Sequence record: SRR22947727_339
Length of the DNA stretch: 64,000 nucleotides
Direction: 5' to 3' (one strand)
The notes under the pieces were generated by a model. That model had not been told where the DNA came from and ran no database searches. It worked only from the letters and a program-made list of their open reading frames with translations. The translations under genes and the position numbers were made by a program. Below, piece after piece: positions 59,201 to 64,000 of this stretch; the stretch's first letter is position 1; each line of letters opens with the position of its first letter.

Positions 59201-59511
59201 TCAACTTCAAAAGCAAATGCAGCTGGCACAGATGTTCCATAATCACTAGCTGCACGGTAATTTACACAATGAGCTGCAAAAATCACAGTTCTTGGATTTA
59301 TGAGTGTGCCCGTACAAATCCCATTTGCATAGAATATTCCGACTCCGTTAACACCGCCGTCTTCATCAACTATTTCATCTGAAGTATTATTATCATTAGG
59401 AACAACTGCATAAGAATTTGTATTCAGAGCAACTAATCCAATTATAGATGATGCTACAGTACTAAATAAAAACTTACGTAAATTCGTTAATCTCGTCATA
59501 TTTGTGTCCAT
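56278..59511 (-). CDS. Autotransporter with trypsin-like serine protease passenger domain
   Basis: Signal peptide; CTGTLINPRTVIFAAHC, GDVAL, GGDSGGPL triad motifs; Gly/Asn-rich beta-helix-like repeats; C-terminal beta-barrel ending YRAGITLKF. Confidence 0.85.
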   Translation of the reverse strand: MDTNMTRLTNLRKFLFSTVASSIIGLVALNTNSYAVVPNDNNTSDEIVDEDGGVNGVGIFYANGICTGTLINPRTVIFAAHCVNYRAASDYGTSVPAAFAFEVDSLPGLQNWFANNFTSNPELFVYNVNEIIYNEDSLRTGFLEGDVALASLDTPAANVPTWALLFSPLPTPLGPGDTGYDPALGTGYHVNITGYGRSGIGSQGSIYGIDWRRRAAENMLGALTSLDASGDFLYGGGSGLPQNLYLTDFDDPDQTNIYDMNVYQDDALPNEGTTAGGDSGGPLILDAENNVLTAEDLVLGVLSGGSRYFNGQVFSSYGGSSFYQPLFLFSDYIAANNPYRYVSTLEGDGDWEDPLHWQTDLDPNYRIIDSSGSVVNGFPETTSFGVEDSGNSGFGVICTDFTGDNSGDACRDISTGNPAPPSRNGGTNGIISNEINANLESQSGGDPLPSPTIDNGLAGATNFIPDNIDLAPGLNGRRYFEVSMSNAGITTLSSTRTIDRLNVGGNAELVIGSAGNLTSLMDINQTGGHISVDGALNSIGDYTLFFGYLTGAGILNSPFLTNIAGTIAPGDIGNIETLTIDGSAVLSSGSSLMIDIGSNGLSDVLSITGDASLGGTVFFNPNLEVRSGNTYTFLTTSGLQSGELSAENISSILTPVLTHDINSVTALIEAGSYNNAISASNSIHASYAKLLDSNRDLGGLDSVYATLDLSSDSQIQDVLTSWAPEAEMTVRSLAKATTDALSQFHSSRLRIMETGSWSGGSISVMGSLGKIASHQDAMAPMSNVVVSDMDNEASIKTNKKIADDYSIYLAGSFIDGNASVMPFSSNLEKEHFDGWTLSAGIEHAVSENIKLGASLSYTDLSLNDQAAKSVNSNHAAVTLYGQLQSKSNLVLSGQFSIGSFDTSTERNIVFPASYSLSSEDENLSVTSKVQLSRPLKMSDFTVIPKMGLQTAMVDFNDVLETGGVTALNIDRKYYSSTQGRLGLDIVSNKNSNFYWRISGDVVNEFDDSLNMFRAGFAQSNGEHANFLLAGTDQFWGEVGAGIAFEIDKAVMSLSVDTTVGRDDLSTQSYRAGITLKF

Positions 59512-59715
59512 TGTGTAATTATTTATTATTTAATAATAAATAATTACATAAAGATAGGAAAATTATCGTTGTCGAGCTAATAATCAGACTTAGTCAATTC
59601 ATATTTAGTAAGAGACTTGCAATACTTGTAAACTACTAAATTGAATTATAAAATTATTGAGGGGTGTTGCGAATTTCTTATTCTTTGCAGTCAAGAGGCC
59701 TTTGTCTGATGTCAA

Positions 59716-60843
59716 TCAAGACCTCGGCTTCTCGGCGCAATAATACAATGAATTATCAAAATTTCTGATCTGATAGTGTTCTTCATTCATTTTGGCATAA
59801 TATATGCCCTTAAAGAGTGTTGGGTACAGCGCACTTGTAAAGTTCGATACACAATGGTGGAGATCTGCGCTCGAAATGAGAGTACCATTGCTAAAATAAG
59901 CAAATTCTAAATCATCTCCTACTGCAATACTTGAATGGTAATAAGGTGCCAGGGTCTTATCTGATTTAAGTTTTGAGAAGCCTTTACAATCACTAAGGTT
60001 CCCCTTTACCACCAAAACTAAATTTTCTCGAGAGAACACACCCGCAGGTTTTTTTAAGTTATTCTCATCAAAATATGCTGTTGCAGCAACTATAAGGCCA
60101 TTATTCTGAGATATTCCTGTTGGGCGGTTCGAAATATTCTCATCTGTAATTAAATATGAGAGATCGCATGAATTAGATATTTCTTTAGTTGTTGTATTGT
60201 ATTCGGATAGAACCCAACCTCTCAGACGCCGGTCTTTTCGCGAGTTAATAGAGTAGTGAAAAACCAATCCATCCTTTGATTCAGCAACACTACCTGCGTA
60301 AACAAACTCTCCAGTGTTTGGGGATAGAACCGTTTCTTCAGTTTCAAAACCATCACTTGATCTTAGCAGAACAAGTTTGCCTGCCCTAGATTTATGGTTT
60401 CTAATAGCTAAAATCGTTTCCCTTTTTTTTTGCAAAAACCTTGGATAAGTGAACCTACCTTCAATCATCTTGTAACTTGTAGTTTCAAGGCTTGTTGGAT
60501 TGAGCCGGTAAAGGTGTAAGTCGGTTCCATGATAAGCTGTTGCCACTAAAATTTCACCTAAATTTTCATCAAGAATAATCGCTGGTGCAGCATGGTCATC
60601 TGCAAAGCCTATCTTTCGATTAATTTCTTCATAGTATTCATGAACGACTGTCTTAGACCCTTTCATTGTTTGCACAATTATTTGGCCACTTGAATTCAAG
60701 TATGCAACTACCATTTCTCCATCAACGCTAATAACGTTGGGGCTATTGTAGAATAGAAAGTTCCCATCATTGGTAATCTTAACATGATGGTGTCTACATC
60801 CAGATAAAATTAAAATAAAAATAAGCAAAATTCGCATAATCAA
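59716..60843 (-). CDS. Hypothetical lipoprotein, possible BNR-4/beta-propeller family
   Basis: Lipobox LSGC; DDHAAPAI and FTYP motifs plus an SSDG Asp-box-like segment. Confidence 0.5.
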   Translation of the reverse strand: MIMRILLIFILILSGCRHHHVKITNDGNFLFYNSPNVISVDGEMVVAYLNSSGQIIVQTMKGSKTVVHEYYEEINRKIGFADDHAAPAIILDENLGEILVATAYHGTDLHLYRLNPTSLETTSYKMIEGRFTYPRFLQKKRETILAIRNHKSRAGKLVLLRSSDGFETEETVLSPNTGEFVYAGSVAESKDGLVFHYSINSRKDRRLRGWVLSEYNTTTKEISNSCDLSYLITDENISNRPTGISQNNGLIVAATAYFDENNLKKPAGVFSRENLVLVVKGNLSDCKGFSKLKSDKTLAPYYHSSIAVGDDLEFAYFSNGTLISSADLHHCVSNFTSALYPTLFKGIYYAKMNEEHYQIRNFDNSLYYCAEKPRS

Positions 60844-61143
60844 AATCTATGCTCTTATTTGTATGTATTCAACTCATTATTGTCATTTTAACAGAAAGCG
60901 AAAGTCCTTTTTATCAACTAAATAAAATTATGAAAATTTATTAAATGTTTGAGTAGTAGGTTTAATAGTCAGAGAAATTCCCGCTACACTTTCATCTGCC
61001 CAGTTATATCTCTCATCCTTTACATTCATATCTACTATGAAATTGGTTATCGATATAACTAATAAATTGATTATTGAAGCCCTCTAGTTGAATTACTCGC
61101 TATATACAGACCTAAATTTTAAGCTAATTGCTTGATACTTTAT

Positions 61144-61779
61144 TTAAGTGACCGCCTGATTTAAGTGACCGCCTGCTATCCCCATTTTCATTTGTTTTAC
61201 AAAATGCTTTGCAATATCTTCACCCTTAAAATAGCCAGAATTATCGTACCAAGCATTAAGCCAGTTTAGCGCGCCCATAAAAAAGAAAACATGCAACCTT
61301 GAATTTCCATCTGCTATTGACCCATCAGATTGACCCTGTTTAACAATTTTAATGATTTTGCGTTCAATTATGCCTCTTCTTTTTAGAACTTTTGTTTTGT
61401 TAACATCAGATAAGCTGTTTACATCCGTTAAAAGAGATATTCCAGAAGCAGTTAGCATGCGAACAAAGTTACCAAATAAATTTTCTAATTGCTCCATTCC
61501 ATTTCTTCCAATTATATTCTTTTCTAAAAGAATATCCATGGCATCATAAGCTTGTTGATGGCACTCAAACAAAACTTCATCTTTATTTTTTACATAATAA
61601 TACAACGCGGCTTTTGTTAAACCTAGATTCGAGGCAATATTTGTCATGGAAGTATTATGAAAGCCGCGTTTACAAAAATCTAAACCTGCAGCCCGAATTA
61701 CTGCCTGGCGCTTTAAAGCAAACTGCCTGTCACGATTGAAAGGCTCTTTAATATTTATATCCATTACTAAACTTATCAT
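61144..61779 (-). CDS. TetR-family regulator divergent from the liu genes
   Basis: RGFHNTSMTNIASNLGLTKAALYYYVKNKDE HTH; GALNW..WY C-terminus. Confidence 0.9.
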   Translation of the reverse strand: MISLVMDINIKEPFNRDRQFALKRQAVIRAAGLDFCKRGFHNTSMTNIASNLGLTKAALYYYVKNKDEVLFECHQQAYDAMDILLEKNIIGRNGMEQLENLFGNFVRMLTASGISLLTDVNSLSDVNKTKVLKRRGIIERKIIKIVKQGQSDGSIADGNSRLHVFFFMGALNWLNAWYDNSGYFKGEDIAKHFVKQMKMGIAGGHLNQAVT

Positions 61780-61784
61780 TATAA

Positions 61785-61810
61785 TAAATTTGACTCAAGA
61801 GTTAAATTTA
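61785..61810. promoter_or_regulatory. Inverted repeat, candidate TetR operator
   Basis: TAAATTTGACTC-AA-GAGTTAAATTTA (11/12 arm match) in the 66-bp spacer between TetR and liuB. Confidence 0.6.
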
Positions 61811-61845
61811 TATATTCATAGTCAAAATTAATTAAGGCTTTTTAA

Positions 61846-63435
61846 ATGTCTCAAATAATAAGTAAGATAAACACCTCAAGTGCTGAATTCTTAGAAAATA
61901 AAAAGGCAATGGACGCGCTTGTATTTGATTTAAGAGAAAAAGTAAAAAAAATCTCATTAGGAGGTCCTGAAAAATCTAGAAATCGCCATATAGCAAGAGG
62001 CAAACTACTGCCGCGCGAACGAGTAGAACGCCTATTGGACCCTGGCACTCCCTTTTTAGAACTCTCTCAAATGGCAGCCTACGAATGTTATGATGATGTC
62101 ATACCTGGAGCAGGTATTATAACGGGTGTAGGACGGGTTGAGGGCCGTGAAGTAATGATACTCTGTAATGATGCAACCGTTAAAGGTGGAACTTATTTTC
62201 CTATCACGTGTAAAAAGCAGACTAGAGCTCAAGAAATTGCTAGGGAAAACAGACTACCATGTATTTATCTGGTAGATAGTGGTGGCGGCAATCTTCCACA
62301 CCAAGCAGAAATCTTCCCGGATAAAGAAATGTTTGGTCGCTGTTTTTATAATGAAGCAACCATGTCAGCGGCTGGAATTCCTCAAATTGCTATTGTTATG
62401 GGAAGTTGTACTGCGGGAGGCGCCTATGTCCCTGCCATGGCCGATGAAAATGTAATTGTCGCAAACCAAGGAACTATTTTTTTAGGAGGACCACCACTAG
62501 TAAAAGCAGCCACCGGAGAAGATATAACTGCAGAAGAGTTGGGAGGAGGCGCGCTTCATACATCAATTTCCGGAGTAGCTGACCATCTAGCTAATGATGA
62601 TGCTCACGCACTAAAAATTGGCCGCAAAATTGTCAAAAGTTTAAATCAACCTAATTATAGCTACTCACCCGAAAAGAGTAACTCACCACTATATGACGTC
62701 AATGAACTTAATGGCATCATTCCTTCAGACCTAAAAAAACCCTACGATTGTCGAGAAATTATAGCGCGTATAGTAGATAATTCATATTTTCAGGAATTCA
62801 AAAAACTATACGGCGAAACATTAGTGACAGGTTTTGCTAAAATAAAAGGATATAAGGTAGGAATTTTGGGTAATAATGGAGTTCTTTTTTCTGAAAGCGC
62901 AATGAAAGGTGCACACTTTATAGAGCTCTGCGCACAGAGGAAAATCCCACTCATTTTTTTACAAAATATTACAGGGTTTATGGTTGGTTCAAAAGCAGAA
63001 TCTGGCGGAATTGCAAAACATGGAGCAAAAATGGTGCACGCAGTTTCTAATGCAAAAGTACCAAAATTTACAGTTGTTATTGGCGGATCATACGGAGCAG
63101 GCAATTATGGGATGTGTGGCCGCGCTTACTCCCCTAGACTAATGTTCATGTGGCCAAATGCTAGAATATCCGTAATGGGAGGAGACCAGGCAGCCAATGT
63201 TTTAGCTTCAGTCAATAGAAATAAAGACAAATGGACAGCAGAAGAAAAAGAAGCATTTATGGCGCCTATACGTGAAAAATATGAGCGTGAAGGTCATCCA
63301 TATTTCGCAAGTGCTCGAATTTGGGACGACGGTGTAATTGCACCTTCAGATACAAGGAATGTACTAGGTTTAGGGCTGGCAATGTCTGCTAATGCACCTT
63401 TGGAAGAGTCAAACTTTGGCGTTTTTAGAATGTAA
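61846..63435 (+). CDS. liuB: 3-methylcrotonyl-CoA carboxylase carboxyltransferase (beta) subunit
   Basis: [65 protein letters not shown]-terminus. Confidence 0.9.
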   Translation: MSQIISKINTSSAEFLENKKAMDALVFDLREKVKKISLGGPEKSRNRHIARGKLLPRERVERLLDPGTPFLELSQMAAYECYDDVIPGAGIITGVGRVEGREVMILCNDATVKGGTYFPITCKKQTRAQEIARENRLPCIYLVDSGGGNLPHQAEIFPDKEMFGRCFYNEATMSAAGIPQIAIVMGSCTAGGAYVPAMADENVIVANQGTIFLGGPPLVKAATGEDITAEELGGGALHTSISGVADHLANDDAHALKIGRKIVKSLNQPNYSYSPEKSNSPLYDVNELNGIIPSDLKKPYDCREIIARIVDNSYFQEFKKLYGETLVTGFAKIKGYKVGILGNNGVLFSESAMKGAHFIELCAQRKIPLIFLQNITGFMVGSKAESGGIAKHGAKMVHAVSNAKVPKFTVVIGGSYGAGNYGMCGRAYSPRLMFMWPNARISVMGGDQAANVLASVNRNKDKWTAEEKEAFMAPIREKYEREGHPYFASARIWDDGVIAPSDTRNVLGLGLAMSANAPLEESNFGVFRM

Positions 63436-63488
63436 CAATTACCTTATATAAAAATATAAAAAAATAGATAAATTGCTAAAAAAAGAAC

Positions 63489-64000
63489 ATGTCCATGAAT
63501 AGCATAAAAAAGATTTTAATAGCCAACCGCGGAGAAATTGCCTGCCGTATAATAGAAACTGCACGCGAGATGAATATCCAAACTGTTGCTATATATTCTG
63601 ATGCAGACATTAACTCTATACATGTTAAAATGGCTGATGAAGCCATAGCTATCGGTGCTTCACCCTCTAATGATAGTTATTTGGTGATAGAAAAAATTAT
63701 TAAAGCTGCAACAGATACTGGTGCCGATGCTATTCACCCTGGATATGGCTTTCTATCTGAAAATCATGTTTTTGCAAAAACCTGTGAAGAATATGGCATT
63801 AATTTTATTGGACCAGATGCTGAAAGCATAAGAAATATGGCACTAAAAGATAGAGCTAAAATTCTTATGAAAAAAGCTGGGGTTCCAATTACTCCCGGAT
63901 ATCAGGGAAACAAACAAAATAAGGATTTTTTGATCAAGGAAGCTGAAAAAATCGGCTTTCCGATAATCATAAAAGCTGTCGCTGGTGGTGGCGGAAAAGG
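63489..64000 (+). CDS. liuD: Biotin carboxylase subunit of an acyl-CoA carboxylase (probably methylcrotonyl-CoA carboxylase alpha), runs off the window
   Basis: Not in ORF track; ATG at 63489 reads MSMNSIKKILIANRGEIACRII...AIHPGYGFLSEN...IKAVAGGGGKG. Confidence 0.85.
   Translation, partial: MSMNSIKKILIANRGEIACRIIETAREMNIQTVAIYSDADINSIHVKMADEAIAIGASPSNDSYLVIEKIIKAATDTGADAIHPGYGFLSENHVFAKTCEEYGINFIGPDAESIRNMALKDRAKILMKKAGVPITPGYQGNKQNKDFLIKEAEKIGFPIIIKAVAGGGGK

Noticed and set aside
1-64000. CRISPR arrays, rRNA/tRNA genes, IS elements, prophage or defence genes
   Set aside because: No regularly spaced repeats, cloverleaf/rRNA signatures or transposase/integrase ORFs seen by eye; intergenic spaces are short

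Overview
Gene-dense bacterial window, most consistent with a marine Alphaproteobacterium (TonB receptor, autotransporter, fused IorAB, liu genes; the taxon is an inference). It has two compositionally different parts. (1) ~385-48200 is a higher-GC catabolic region of about 40 genes for CoA-dependent and amino-acid/aromatic-acid catabolism: fused indolepyruvate:ferredoxin oxidoreductase, FMN alpha-hydroxy-acid dehydrogenase, acyl-CoA dehydrogenases/ligases, CaiB-family racemase, two DUF2817/M14 paralogues, a GcvT-like protein, D-amino-acid enzymes, M19 dipeptidases, MFS transporters, a TonB receptor and AraC/TetR regulators. Its most unusual element is a divergent PaaABCD-like di-iron epoxidase cluster (order A, D-N, B, D-C, C) with a free 2Fe-2S ferredoxin instead of PaaE. 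It is followed by a Cys-less thiolase/DUF35/MaoC module, and no paaG/paaZ/paaK is recognisable, which suggests an undescribed aryl-CoA oxygenation/side-chain-cleavage pathway. The region also carries two deletion scars: a dipeptidase::racemase chimera and a pair of convergent truncated genes. (2) ~48270-64000 is AT-richer: a GH3-xylB-xylA xylose locus with LacI regulator, palindromic operator and sugar porter, a trypsin-like autotransporter, a BNR-type lipoprotein, a TetR, and methylcrotonyl-CoA carboxylase genes. No rRNA, tRNA, CRISPR or transposase was recognised. All family calls come from motif recognition by eye, not database searches.
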